In this document: in pieces, positions 11,798 through 26,355 of the stretch
Layout: every line of letters starts with the position of its first letter
How positions within the stretch are numbered: the stretch's first letter is position 1
From: Raja brachyura
Taxonomy: Eukaryota
Reading direction: 5' to 3'
Assembly: GCA_963514005.1 (NCBI GenBank)
Contig: OY740821.1
Coordinates: 14,384,001-14,448,000 of the forward strand
Length of the DNA stretch: 64,000 nt
The notes under the pieces: generated by a model
Database searches by the model: none
What the model was told of the DNA's origin: nothing
The model's input: the letters and a program-made list of their open reading frames with translations, nothing else
Made by a program: the position numbers and the translations under genes

Positions 11798-12984
11798 GTG
11801 AGCCTCCAAGTTTGTCACTGGGATAAGGAGAGGAGTTTTGAGCCGAGCAAATAGCCCGTCTCCTGGACACTGCTCGGTCACCGTCCAGAGAGTTGCAGCA
11901 CAACGCAGCTTGCGTCTAAGTTGTCAGCCACCTGCTGCGTGGAGCCTTTCTCCGGCGCTGGGTCGCCATGGTTACACGATCGATGAGCTTATTACCACAT
12001 CTGTTGCCATGCTAATCTGAATGGAACTAGAATTAACTGCTCCCTAGAGAAGATCCAAATGGAGATTGGGTATCTGTCAGTGACCAAGTTGTTCAATCCT
12101 CCAAAGTAGGCTAATTTCTTAAAGGGGAATTTTGGCCATAGAATAGCTACCTGGTGACTATTGAAAACATTCGCTATATTTCCAGCTTTTCATACATGAA
12201 ATGTTTAGAATAAAATCTGATGGAGAGATTTAATTTGAAGTTTTAAACAATCAAGGGGAGGGGAACAAGTGAAGAATTGTTTAGTGGCTTTCAGTACTAA
12301 ATCATTTTGTGATTATGAACTCTTTTGATATTACCGTTTGACATCCTATTGCTTGTTGATTATATTGCTGCTTAATCCTATTTCTTTGCCTATTTTTCAG
12401 CTTCTGCCTGTTCCTGAAGTATCCCTTTTCTCTCTCTGCATTCCTCTCTCTCCGATATGAGGTTCTGTTTGCTCTTTGTAATGAAACTTGACATTTTGTT
12501 AAACTTTAACAAAAATTGTTTGATCTGAATTGATGTCTGAGCAACATGCTGCCCTTGTCCTGCTTCCGTTAACTGCACAACTTATCCAAAGCTCGTTCAG
12601 CTTGAGCTGCATGGCTGTGTTGCTATTGGGTAGGGAGAGGAGGATTACAGTTTTGGTTTGCATTTATGTAGACTTTTATTTAATTCGTAGGGTGTCAAAT
12701 AATTGTGGGCATTCTTATTGATGGATTTGGGCAAGCTGGTGCTAAAGTATGCCAATGCTGCCATGTAAGGGTTGGGGTTTTGGGCACAAGATGAGTAAAA
12801 AAGCTTTTTCATACCATCCCTTTTGCCAACCCCCACAAAAAAATGAGGACTTTGCATAATTTCTGATGTAAACTTGATAGTTTTCAATGTAAAGCAACAT
12901 TTGGACTCGCCAAGATTTTTGTTTGAGCCGAACGTGATCTTGAAACCTCGTCACCATCTCACCAGATTGAATGCTGAGAGGGTA

Positions 12985-13375
12985 GTTGGTCCATGAGGGG
13001 AGATTAAGTTGACTGGACCCCTCACGAGTTTGGTACAATGGGAGGGGATCTCATTGATCTACGCACCATTATTTTGGGGCTTGACGGAGTGGGGGGGGGT
13101 CAGAAACCAAGGCCCACATTTACAAAGCAAGGTGTTGTCCATTGAGGATAGACACGAGGAAGAATTCTTCACCGAGGCTGGTGAATCTTTGGAATTCTCA
13201 ACCCAAGATGCCAGTGGAGGCTTGGTCACTAAGTATATTTAAGAGAGACCGAATAGATTTTTGGATGTTAAAGAAATCCTAGGATGTGGGTCAGTGCAGA
13301 GGTGAAAGGCGAACCATGATCTTACTGACTGGCAGAGCAGCCACAAGGGGCTGAATGGCCTATTCCTACTTTTTC
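12985..13375 (+). mobile_element. Old CR1 3' fragment
   Basis: Decayed GGGGATCTCATTGA...GGTGAATCTTTGGAATTC...GGGCTGAATGGCCTATTCCT. Confidence 0.6.
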
Positions 13376-13701
13376 TCCTGGTGCCAAGGCTGTTTGAAGA
13401 TGTCACATTGCTCCTCCTCCTCTTCCTGACCCTGTTCTGCTAATCTGTGTTTGACAAATAATTGGGGAAACTGTTTGGAGAAAGCACCAAAACCAAAGTC
13501 TAAACTGAATTTGCAAAATCCAAACGTGACATCCTCCTAATTTGTCCCATCTTTGCTGCCGACTTTCTCCAAGCCAGTCTCTCCTCTGATTCCTTTGAGA
13601 TCAAAAGGACGTTTTGAACATGTGAAGTGGTGCCAGTTAATCCTAATGTCTTGTCACGGTTCAAGATTGTGCCTTGGTGTTCTTGTACAATTTTCATCTA
13701 A

Positions 13702-13869
<168 letters not shown>

Positions 13870-14509
13870 TGAGGGCTCCGATTCTGCTTTCACCCTTAGT
13901 CTTTGTCTAAAATGTGCTCTCTCGAACCTCCGGCCATCCTCTCCGACCAGTATGGGTAACGATAAACTTAGCATGATTTTTCCTTGGGCTTTTGCTTCCC
14001 ACCACCCCAAGCCAATGCTCCATCCAGACAATAAATTCCCAACCCACACAAACAAGAGGCTATTTCCCTGAAGACCTGCCTTTGATTTATCAGTGGGATT
14101 CTGGGCTTTGTGCTTGCAGGTGCAATGACGGGCAGACGCAGCCAAATGGGACTGGGCCGGCACAGACGAGTTGGGCCAAAGGGACTGGATAGCTCTAGAT
14201 CCAGTCCACATGCTTACTATCCCTCACCACACATATTTCTCGCCCAATAATAAATACCATAAAACTCTGATAAGCTGGCCCTCCTGAGTACTGGCAGATT
14301 CTCCTGGCACCTGTTAAGATATGAACACATTTTTTATTTTGCTTTTGCCCCACTGCCCTGTAGTATAATTTCCCAGTGAACCTGGCTCAGTTTAAAGGGA
14401 GCGGGATGTACACTGGCCGCCCGCTCCAGGTGTAAACGCACCCACATTGCGATTCCCAGCTCTGCCCGCCCTCCAGACTGGCGAGCGATCCAGACGTTGA
14501 ATCAAAGCG

Positions 14510-14700
14510 TAAGGGGTGATCGCTGGTCAGCGTGGACTCGGTGGGCCGAAGGGTCTGTTTCCATGCTGTATCTCTAAAAACTTTTTTAAAAAACTGAGCA
14601 CCCAGAGGAATCCCACAAGGTCACAGATTCTGCATAGACAGCACGGGATTGAAACCGGGTCTCTGACACTAAGGCAGTAGCTGCGCCTCTGTGCCACCCG
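14510..14700. mobile_element. Rearranged fragments of the same SINE (tail on +, head on -)
   Basis: The tail ...GGGCCGAAGGGTCTGTTTCCATGCTGTATCTCTAAA is followed by a reversed head segment. Confidence 0.6.
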
Positions 14701-14798
14701 AAACCTTTGAGTCTGGGTGGGGAAGAAGATAAAGGGATAATCTTGTCTCTGGGATGAGGTAAGGATTTGGAGAGTCTGGTTTGGGATCCACTGATTAA

Positions 14799-15983
<1,185 letters not shown>

Positions 15984-17567
15984 AAACTGTGGATATGGTG
16001 ACTTACATGTTTTAATTGGTGACTGGCCTTTTGGGTTCTACATGTCAGTATCGGCTCGCCTTCCTGCTGCAAAGTGGTTTATTCACGTGCCTATGTCAAA
16101 ATTAACATTTTGTGAAGAAAAATAACTAGAGTAAGAGGAACAGACTGCTACATTTAAGTTTGGAGTTACACTCTGAAAAGGACTCTTTTAATGCCCCTTC
16201 CAAATGGTCTCCCAATATTTGTTGCAGAAAGGATGTACTAGGCTGATCAAGAAATAATGTAACAATCCAAGAACTAAACGCACCTAGATTATCAAGGTTT
16301 TACAGAGCAAAAAAAAGTCAGTAACTGAGATTGAGGTAGCTATGTCTTTTTAATTGCCCAGCCCCTGTCTACATAACGGTCTTGAAGTGAGAGGCTATCG
16401 CACTCTCCGCTCTTTTTTTGGGCATCATACTTAATTGAATGAGTTTGCCAGCGAGCTACAGATCAGTCACTCCCATCGCGGAGGCTGAATGTTTTGTCAC
16501 CAGCCTGCTTTAACAACAGGCTTCCCTATATGGGAGTTTCACGGATGGGTAACCATGTCACTGCAAGGATTATTGCCCTTTGCATCCAAGTTGTGCATCA
16601 AATTCCAGTGAGATGAAAATGGAGGCATTCGAATAACACCACTTTTGCAGCAACGTTGTGGGATGCCAACCTGACATTAGTCTTCAGTCAATCGGCCTTT
16701 GTTCCCCATTCTCTGTATCATTTTAAAGCTTGTTTTTACATACGGACAGCATGTGTATGAGGACGGGATGCTGCTGAAAATATTAAATGTTTTTGATTTT
16801 ATCTTAGATGGGAAGTGAAGAGTATGATAATATGTGCTACGGTTTGCAGTTTTAATCTGACCTTTCTGGTATTTGCTAAATGCTCTCCAGTGTTGGACTC
16901 TGCTTCCTGGGTGTGTGTTGGGCGTACCACTACACCCTCTTGTGGTACTTGATTTGGTTTAAGGTGATCTTTCATTTTAATCACGGGTAAAGTCGGTCTT
17001 TTTATTATATTGTGCTTGATGTTACCCACTTTACTGTTGATCATTGCGTTCTTAATTCCAATTTTTAAAAAAAAGCAATAGTGCAGATTGCTGGGGACCT
17101 CTTCACTGCCCGGGGATTACTTTCTTGCTCTATGTGTCCTGTGTTGAGACGACCAAATGATAAGTAGATCTCCAACAACACGTTAACACCAGACATCACA
17201 AAGTTTATTTGAAAAGTGATACCAACTGTCCACGATGCCGTCTGGGTCAGCGTTAAATCGGAGCCCATTGTGTGTTGTGGACCCCATCTCTGGTAACTGA
17301 GTCTGCCCACACTCGTTTGTGGGAGACCCCTGCAGCCACCAGATGAGGGAGGACTTGCATTCCGTTCATCCAGGCTGGAATTCCTACTGCTCAGTCCCCA
17401 AAACACAGAGGCAGATAGTCTAGCTCGTCCATTGAAATCAAAAACGGCTCAAGAAGCATTCAAATTGAACTTTGGAGTAAAAGGACTGACGACCGATACT
17501 GTTGACTTTTGCGTAAAACTATTTTCCAGTGTGTATTGTCTGTCATGATTTTTTTTGTTTAGCATGT

Positions 17568-17580
17568 AATAAATAATAAA
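17568..17580 (+). promoter_or_regulatory. Candidate LIMA1 polyadenylation signals (two AATAAA)
   Basis: AATAAA at 17568 and 17575, about 1.6 kb after the stop, followed by a GT/T-rich tract. Confidence 0.55.
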
Positions 17581-20500
17581 GTATTTAGTATAAAGTGTTT
17601 TTGCACCTGCGCCTATCTTTTCAATGTGGATGCAGAGCTGACACTGAGCTATAATCTCTGAGCAGCAAGAACATACTCGCCACTTTGCGCACAGCAAGCA
17701 GTTAAGTGGCCGGTGAATTGAGGGATGAAACTGACCAGTACAGCAGAACTCTTTGCAATTAATGCCATGGGATCTCTCACAGACTGGGAGAAGAATTTGC
17801 CTTTGATGCTTAAGGCGGTGGTGTGGCCTTCGGACTTCAGCCCAGATTATGTCTCGTGTCCTTGTGGAGTGGGACACTCCGATTTGTAGTGAAACCTACG
17901 CTTCACCCAAATAAAATGACTTCAGCTGTTCCCACTCTAAAAGGATTTAGATCGAAGGGCTAGTTAAACAGTTGGTGACCTGAATGCCAGTTCTCCCCAA
18001 ATTCTGGTGACCACAATCTGGGATTGTGTAAATAACTGAAATTGTCCAATGTTTTGCTGGATCATTGCCGGCATGCAGCGCAGGTACGCGACTCTCCCAA
18101 AGTGAAGAGGTTAAATAGTTCTGCACGTTGAATGGTTTACCAGCTGTGATAGGAGCTGGAATGCTATCTCCATTGTAAAGAATGCAAGTGTGACATTTTT
18201 ACACAAGTGCACGGTATCACTGTCAAATGCATGACCAATCATTTACTAATCTCAAGGTTAACGATTTCTGCTTGAAATATTTGCATTCCAGAAAGTTTGA
18301 CAATGCAATTGATACAACGTGGCTGAACTTCAAGTTGTTACAGAGAAAACTCGTCTTGACGTGCGGTGGTGGAACACTAAACTGGGATTGTTCATGCACT
18401 CTGGTGCCTGGCCCTGTGTTCTTTAAATGTCTCCCATAGACATTTGGAGTGACAAAGAATATTCTGAAACAAGCTGCCTTGAATGGTGTCCGTTTGTTGC
18501 ATTTTTAACTTGCTTTGATAATTAATAACAGTGTACTGATCACCAGGAAACCTGGGGGGGAAGAAAGGCCCAGGATATTTGTCATTTCTTTCCTACTGCA
18601 GAATTGGAATGCATGGCAAATTCTCCAAATAACTCATTGGTAGTATTGAAAAGACAATCCTTCCCCATTTTCTCTCTCTCTCTCCCCCACTCTAACACTG
18701 AGAACTGGGTTGGAATTTGTTGTTCACAAGACACAAGTTTGCTTGCCTCCTTACTGTTGTCTCTAACCCAGTGTGAGCAAGTCACGCGAGCCAAGCATCC
18801 GAATTGCTGGAAGGAGTCATTGTAATGTTGAGCCATCAGAGGAAGTCAAAGATGCACTAACTTATCATTTTATTTAATATTTATGACATGACTAATCATT
18901 ACAAGCTTAAGCATTGAGAATTACATTAACAGCTTTACCCATTTACAAATCCAGAGATGCTCATTGTGTCTCAGTCATCGCTAGGTTAATTTGTGTTTTG
19001 GAGCATGTTCATAGCTCAGTATAGATTTGCAAAGTTTTGAATACAGTCCATATTCAATGTCAATGGTTTTCAGCACTATCCTTAAGGAATGTAATAAATC
19101 CTCATCTTCTGGCTGATGTTTGCGCTGAGATATTTTGTTTCTCCTCTGGAAACGTTTTGTCTGTTTTTCTTTGGTTGTCACCAGCTTCTCTGAACTCAAC
19201 TTGGAGATTTTCTTTCTCATTCTATGCTATTGGCTCTCTCAAAGAATCTTTAAACAACATTTTGATCAGTTTGGTTGGTTTTAATTTCAATCCAACTATT
19301 CATGGTTCAAGATTCTTTAATCTTTCTCCTTCAGGCTCTAACTTTTTTTTAATGGTCTACCTTGTTCGAGGAAGCTTCCTGTCACTTGTAACCATTTACA
19401 TCTTGCAAATCCTCCTTCTCTATTATCCTTGTTATTACATCTGACACACACGTGACCAAATGAGGAGTAACTCTACCACATCGACCTTGCATTGTGTGCA
19501 ACGGTTTCTGATGCACAGTTGGTGTCTGCGATACCCAGTCTTTGATCTGTCATTAGAAGGGTGTTCCTGTGGTTTCGATACACAATTGGTGACTGAGACA
19601 CCAAGTATTTAATCCTGGTCATTCAAATGGTTCTCCTCTGGTTTCTGTTGCAAGATTTCTTCTTGTGCTCTGTTGCTTCACCACTGTCTTGAGATCCCGT
19701 TCAGACCAAGCTGAACTAGGACCGTCTCTTGATCTTCTGGTAATACTTGAGTTTACAGATCTTAATCTGGCTTTGGGAAACTTGGAGATTGTTTTGTTGA
19801 ATATCTGTGGTATTTTAGAGCAAGGTGGGGGCATTGCTAACTCTCCTGTCTCTCTGACTCCATATAATGGCCTGCACTTCCTGGCAATTCAAATGAACAC
19901 AGCCCAAGCCAATCTATTTGCGCTTGTTATTTCTTAATTTGATGAGCCTGGAAGTTTGGCATTATTTGCACTGTTGATAGTGGCTGAATTCTTTATGATA
20001 ATCCTATTAACCGCAGCAGCCGTGCTTTTCTCAATTGATGAAAAATACCAAGCGCGGAGAATGAAGCTTGAATTTAGCGCCTTTAGCTTTGCGGCCTTAA
20101 AGTGTCCCAAAGTGCGTTTCAATCAATGACATGCCTTTTTCACTAAAGTGTGTTTCATCATTTTGTAGATGTGTGGCAGCCAATTTGCGCACATTAGGGT
20201 TCACGAGCAATAAATGAGTAGCCAGGTGATGCATTAGGACCTGTGTTGGTTAGGACGGGATAAATGACCAAGCACAGAGTGGTGTGTGTGGAGTGGGGCT
20301 GGACCGCTCTACTCTTCAGATAGATTTCTGTCCACTTGTGCAGCTGGCAGAGTCTTCAATGTATCATATTATCCCCAAGACAATGTCTCCAGCAACATGC
20401 TACTGCCTCAGTGCTGCTCTGTAAAGTTGACCAGGTTGACCAGACTCGGGCGTGAGTCTGACTGACTGAGCCAAAGCTGATGCTTGCCACACGCATGTAC

Positions 20501-20984
20501 ACTCAGTAACCAACACTGGGCTTCTGAACATTGCACCGCGAGGCTGGGCTCAGACGGTCCGTATAACTGCAAAATGGTGGTGCCCGAGTGCAGCAGGAGC
20601 TGCGATGCTGAGACGGTGCTTGATCACAACTTTTACCAAGTGAGAATGTAATGAAGTAGTGCAGAGACGAGGAACAATTGGATTGTGGTTGCTTTACTTG
20701 TGACATTTTCAGAATGTAGGAGCGGGAGCAAACAAATCATCAACTGCTTCTCAACTCCCACCGATTCACGAAAGCTCTCTCTATGGTACAAAGTGCTCAG
20801 TACTCTACAGTTGTCTTTTCCAACACATCCAATTTAATGTTTTATTTTAAAAAGATATATCTTTTCAATTGATTTCCTGGGAGGAAATTCCTCATTCTGA
20901 AAGCCAGTTTGAAGAGGTTTAAATGATTAGCAACCAGGAGATCCCATAGGCCATCGGACCGAATGCAAGTGTTCAGCAGCAAAA

Positions 20985-21590
20985 CAGTCACTGAGTCTAT
21001 GTTTGGTCTCGCCGATGGACAGGGAACACTGGATGTAGTCAATGAGTTGAGGTGGTACATGTGAACCTCATCTGAAAGGACTGTCTGTGTCCCTGGATGG
21101 AGTTGAGGGAGGAGCTATAACGTCGGCTGTTGCATCTCCTGTGATTGTAGGGGAGGTGGTGGTTTGGGTGCCAAGGCATGAGTGAACCAATGAGTTGCGG
21201 AGGGAACGGGTCTCTGTGGAAAGAGGAGTGTGGATACGAAGATGTGATTAGTGGTGGGATCCCATATTGGGTAATGGAAATGTCTGAGGATAATGTGTTG
21301 GATGTGGAGGCTGGAGGGGAAGGGGAGTAAGAGCAGAATGATGGGGCACAGAAGAGACACGAGTGAAGCCCCATGTATGAGAGATGGGGGGGAACCCACG
21401 TTCTCTGAAGGGTGATATCTCTGATGTGCTGGTATGGCAGACCTCGTCCTGGGAGCAGAGAGGAATTGAGAGTAGGGAATAGCATCTTTGCAAGAGGCAG
21501 GGTGGGAAGAAGTGTAGTCCAGATATCTGGGGCTCGGTAGGTTTGTAATATGCATCAATGGGTAGTCTTGTCTCCTGTGATGGAGAGAGA
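20985..21590 (-). mobile_element. Penelope-like element ORF fragment (RT C-terminus, linker, start of GIY-YIG), decayed
   Basis: YLDYTSSHPASCKDAIPYSQFL followed by RRCN...SIQG..QSFQMRFTCT and a YIQCS..IGETK-like segment, with frameshifts. Confidence 0.8.
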
Positions 21591-24500
21591 GAGAGCAGCC
21601 CAGGTTAAAGCAGCCTAGCTTTAACCTTGCTTGCTGCTCACTTTCTGGATTGAAAAACCGAGTGAAAGTGTACTTTTCTTTTAATTGAGAAGTGGCATCT
21701 CTCTCCTGGCTGCTGTTCCCATGGTGGGACTGTCATCTACTCTTTAAGACTATCTAACCAGGATCTACTTCCTCAGCCTGGGTCCAGGAATGAGTGCAAC
21801 TGGAGTTTGAATAATGACTAATGTTAGAGCTGAAATGTTTCCACAGAAATCTGACGCAGACTGCCACCCCTGCATGTATTAACCTTGCCCCACCGGGGGT
21901 CTGAGGGTTAGATGACAAATTGATCCAGCACCATATAAACCTGGTGCTGTGAATGGTTGCATGGAATAGCACAGGTGAACTGGCTGGCTAAATCTTATTT
22001 GAAAAAGACACAACTGTACCTGTTACACCCATAGGGAGAGCTTCGTCAGTAGGCAACAAGTTGGTTACTGGCACATTCTACAATGTTGAACAAAAAATAA
22101 TTTGCAAAATGGTGGAATCCTTTCACAATTCTTCACATTCACATCAAATGTTTAAATAAAATATTAGTCACCATTTCGGCAATCTTCCATGAAGAGGATA
22201 CAGTATATCCAGTAACCATGGGATATAAACAGCAGCAGCATTTATACACTGAAACCCGTATACTAATAAATCCTTACAATGCTTCTCACTCCTCCACAAC
22301 CAGGTAAATCCTTTGCACAAAGCAGTAATACAAGGCACTTTCCGCAGTCATGTGCACTTCCTGGTCACTGAACAGAACTTGTTTCCCCTTCTGTGCTTGG
22401 TCCTAAAATCATTTGCTAGGGTTGCAGTATTTTGCCAAATCCAAACACTCCTGTGTCTGTGGGATTGGGGGGTGAGGAACATCACCGTAACGTCATCTGC
22501 AGAGAGGTCATCGACCTGAAGCGCCAACTCTTTCCACCTATGTTTAACCTTTTCTTCTCTGGTATTCAAGACCTGTCCCAGTGCCAGAAGTGGTGCACTC
22601 CCCCCGTGCCCACTTTAAACTGGATAGCCCTACCCAGATCTGTCCCACTTTGTGAATTTGCATGCTCCTAGAATGGCACTGACCCCCAGATAACTCAGCC
22701 TGATTTCTACCAAACCCCTACATATATATATTTTTTAACTCTTCCGCTACCAACCCACAAACATCATTTCTCTCCCTGCTCTTTATCCACAATTTATGGA
22801 AGGGGTTCTCCTCTCTGCTGGGTTAAGTTGCCATTTTTCTTTCTCTGCTCCAACTTGGCAAGCTGACTGACTCTGGCAACCAGGCTGGGGACCGAGCTCG
22901 GCGAGAGAGAACCATTCAATCCCCTCTCCCCTGCGGCGTGACGCTGTAGCTTCCGTCGCAATGGACCACGTTCCAGATATTATCCTGAATGCTGGGTGGA
23001 GATCACAGCAAGAAGTGTTTTCCTTTGCCCTGATATGTTGGTGGCCACTATAATCCTCTCAGCGTGGCTGAAGGCAGTGAAACTGGGAGCACATCTTACC
23101 GGCCTCGAGCTCTCCTTCACCAAGTGCAGCAGGCCCTCTGCCAGTGGAGCCGTGCTAACCAAACCTATTTGAGGAAGATTTCCCACCCCCCTCAAATGTT
23201 GCATCTAAATCTGAACTGTGCAGGGGTCGACCCTTCTGAAAATGAGAGTTCTTGATCCCTCTGAAAACCGGTCTCAGTGCTAACTTTCTTGAGGACGCAC
23301 AAGTCAACACTGCCTGATTGCTATCACATTTATTTGGTTCAGTGGAACTGCCTCGTCCGTTGACCTCTGGTTGCCTTAGCTCTCCCTTCACTGATTTCTG
23401 AGAGTATAATGGAGCAGAGCAAGACCTAGGAGCTTCACAGCTTCTAAAGGTTCATTTCACAATAGTTCCTGCTCTGTCTACGTTATGTTGTCAGGGTTCA
23501 CAGCTCCCACCACCTGAGTTGTCCAGGTCAACAGGCCCTATCAATCTTTGGTTTTTCAGGAGGAGCAGCTCTCATCTTCCTCCCTCTACCCCCTTCCAAA
23601 TGAGAAGCAGCCACTTTCTGCCCCTGGAATTTGAGGCTATAGTTGGCGTCAAACCCACACGTGTTCAGCTTCAAATCTTTGCAAGGGCAAGACTCCAGGG
23701 ACAGAGAAGGGGACAGGCTGGAGCTACCCAGGGACTCTGCATCACTCCAGGGGAACATTGCCTACAGGCATCCTTGAAATTTGCAATTAATTCTGCTTCT
23801 AACCAACAAGGGCATCCCACGGTTCCCCACCACCACACTCTTCTTCCCCCCCCCCCCCCGATATATAATAGCCATGGCTAAGTGCAAACTAAGTACTCAA
23901 ATTCATGCTGCCTAAATTCAAGTCTAATCCAGAGAGGCACTGCTTATTTGCTATTCCTATTCTATGCTTTAGAGAATCTCTCACTAACTGGCATACAAAT
24001 TGTGGCTGGACTGAAGCCAACACACTATGATTCAAGGATCTGGGTGATAGAAATCTGTGTGCTTTAGGGAATGCCCCAATCCTAGAATGAAATAGTTCTC
24101 GAATGGGTCTGTCGCTTCCCACAAACCCCCCAGCAACTTTTTTTTTCCCCCAAAACATTTAGATTGTATCTGCATCTTATCATTCAGCAGAGAAAGATCA
24201 GCCCGTGAGCGCCAGTCGCCTGCACCTTCCTGCCATAGCATTATGCCATGGAGAAGCCTCCTTTCATTCACCCCGGTATCTGCAAGCTCACATGCAGATG
24301 GGAGTCAGACTAACTTCCTGGCTGAACAGCAGGCATGGCCGTGCGTTTCTAGATATGAGAAATATTCTCTGCTTTAATGGTGAGCCGCTTAACGTTGGGA
24401 GGGGAAGGTCGAGGAGGAATTATCCTTAAATCCAGCCACATCCCACTGAACTACCAGGCTGCCCAGGCTTGCATCCGACCACACATCATCCGCAAACTAG

Positions 24501-25419
24501 GATGCATCACCGGGCTGCCCAATCCTGAAGGGCCATGGCACATACCGAGTCCACCCCACAGTCCTGGCCTTCATCACAGGGTCCATACTGGGACAAACAC
24601 TGGCACAGGGTTAGGTTTTGCATTGAAAATATCTGGCTTGCAAGAAGCAGATGTTTGTTAAGCAGGAGAAGGGGCCCGCTGCTCTAACCAGTCAGATAGG
24701 GATCCAACCATATGGTATATTTTGTAACTACCTCACCCATGACAATCCTTCCACTACACACACACACTGCTCTCACTCGCCTGGTCATCTCTGCAAGAGA
24801 CTGGCCATTTCTAACGGTAGTTCTTTAATCTTCCTATATTGCCACTGACTCAATTCTCCTCCTATTTTTAATTGGTGACTGAGTTCTGAGGGCATGAGAA
24901 TGGTTAAGCCATACTGAATAATCTCACTGCTGAGAATGTATCAAAGTATAATACCAACTGGTACTGCAGCATTTGTATATCTACCTTAAGGAAAATTAAG
25001 CCCAAAAAACAATTTTCAAATGCCAATTCTGGGCAGGACAAGAGGGTGTGATTGCTCTAAACCCAGAGGGGATATTTTAATAATAAAAATGAAATGACCT
25101 GAGTACAGTCCTTTTCCAAGACCTTTTCTTACCCTAATGCTGAACCTAGACTGCAAGAGGGAGGGGGGATGAACTTGCCTCTATTTTATAATTCTGCAAT
25201 TTAATTAAGACACTTGACTCTATTCAAGGAGGCATAAGCCCATTGCATATGGCTAAGAACTTGGAGCAGATTCTAGTGCTAGGTCTACTACATTGATAGT
25301 TGAAGCATGAGAATTAAACAGAATCATATAAAGTGCTCTTGGGGAAGGGCTGGGGAGGTTCAGGTCATGTTGATAGAGGCGTCCCAGAATTCTTTGGTAC
25401 CGCTTTCTGAGCAGGATTG

Positions 25420-25491
25420 TCATCTCATGCTGAGCTGTGCAAATCCAATGAGTTTGGTTTCGTCTGGGCTGTAACCCTCACAGCCAGAGAC
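25420..25491 (-). CDS. Kinase last coding exon (VSGCEGYSPDETKLIGFAQLSMR*)
   Basis: 72 nt including TGA. Ends in the KLIGFAQLS signature of OSR1/SPAK. Confidence 0.94.
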   Translation of the reverse strand, partial: VSGCEGYSPDETKLIGFAQLSMR

Positions 25492-26068
25492 CTGCGAGGA
25501 GAACGAGGGGCGAAGAGTGAGCTTCCGGCTGACATTCCCTTCCACCCGTCACTGAGCAGTCAATGTGCACAACTAGATAGCAAGTGTGGAGAGAGGGGGG
25601 GTGGTTTGGCTACAATGGTCCCGAGTGTAGAGTTAGAATGGCGAATCCATCAAATCCATAAACTCCATAAAACCGAGAGCAACCTTGGGATTTCCACAGG
25701 TACATCCTTGAATGCGGAAATCTCAAGGTTCCTGTCACTGACTCGGCTCCGCACTCCACAGTTTGGCCTGAGTCTGAAGAAATTAGTGGAATTTAGTCCT
25801 GCAGTTAAATACTCTGGCAAGGTTGGGCTTTGATGCCGAGATCTAAGTGAGTTTTTAATGTCACTCTGAACTGTAATTAGTGGTTAACATACACTGACTG
25901 CTCTTACATTTTGTCTGTTGGTTGTAATTTCCTTAGATAAACATTTCAAAATATAATCTTTACAAATTTAAATTCTTTCATATGTCCAAAATGTATTTTC
26001 ATCCCAAGGCATTTGCCTCGACCTTTGCGCTTTGGCTTGCTGCTTGTGAGAACTCTTTCACGTGCTTA

Positions 26069-26355
26069 TGCACCTGTCCCACTTGGGAAACCTGAACGGA
26101 AACCTCTGGAGACTTTGCGCCCCACCCAAGGTTTCCGTACGGTTCCTGGAGGTTTTTGTCCTCCGGCAACCACCTTCAACTAGCATCGCAACCGGCTTCG
26201 ACTAAAAAAAATTACCGATTTTTAAAATGGAAACCACTTTCGACCATTAGGGAGACTGACAAAAACTGGCACCCAAGGGAACCGCACGGAAACCTTGGGT
26301 GGGGCGCAAAGTCTCCAGAGGTTTCCGTTCAGGTTTCCTAAGTGGGACAGGGGCA
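26069..26355. mobile_element. PIF/Harbinger-type (Tourist-like) MITE with long TIRs
   Basis: About 80-bp terminal inverted repeats beginning TGC(A/C)CCTGTCCCACTT, with TTA on both flanks (26066-26068 and 26356-26358). Confidence 0.8.

Noticed and set aside
25735-25793. Alternative last kinase exon (TQAKLWSAEPSQ*)
   Set aside because: No similarity to the CCT C-terminus. The exon at 25420-25491 gives the canonical KLIGFAQLS end.
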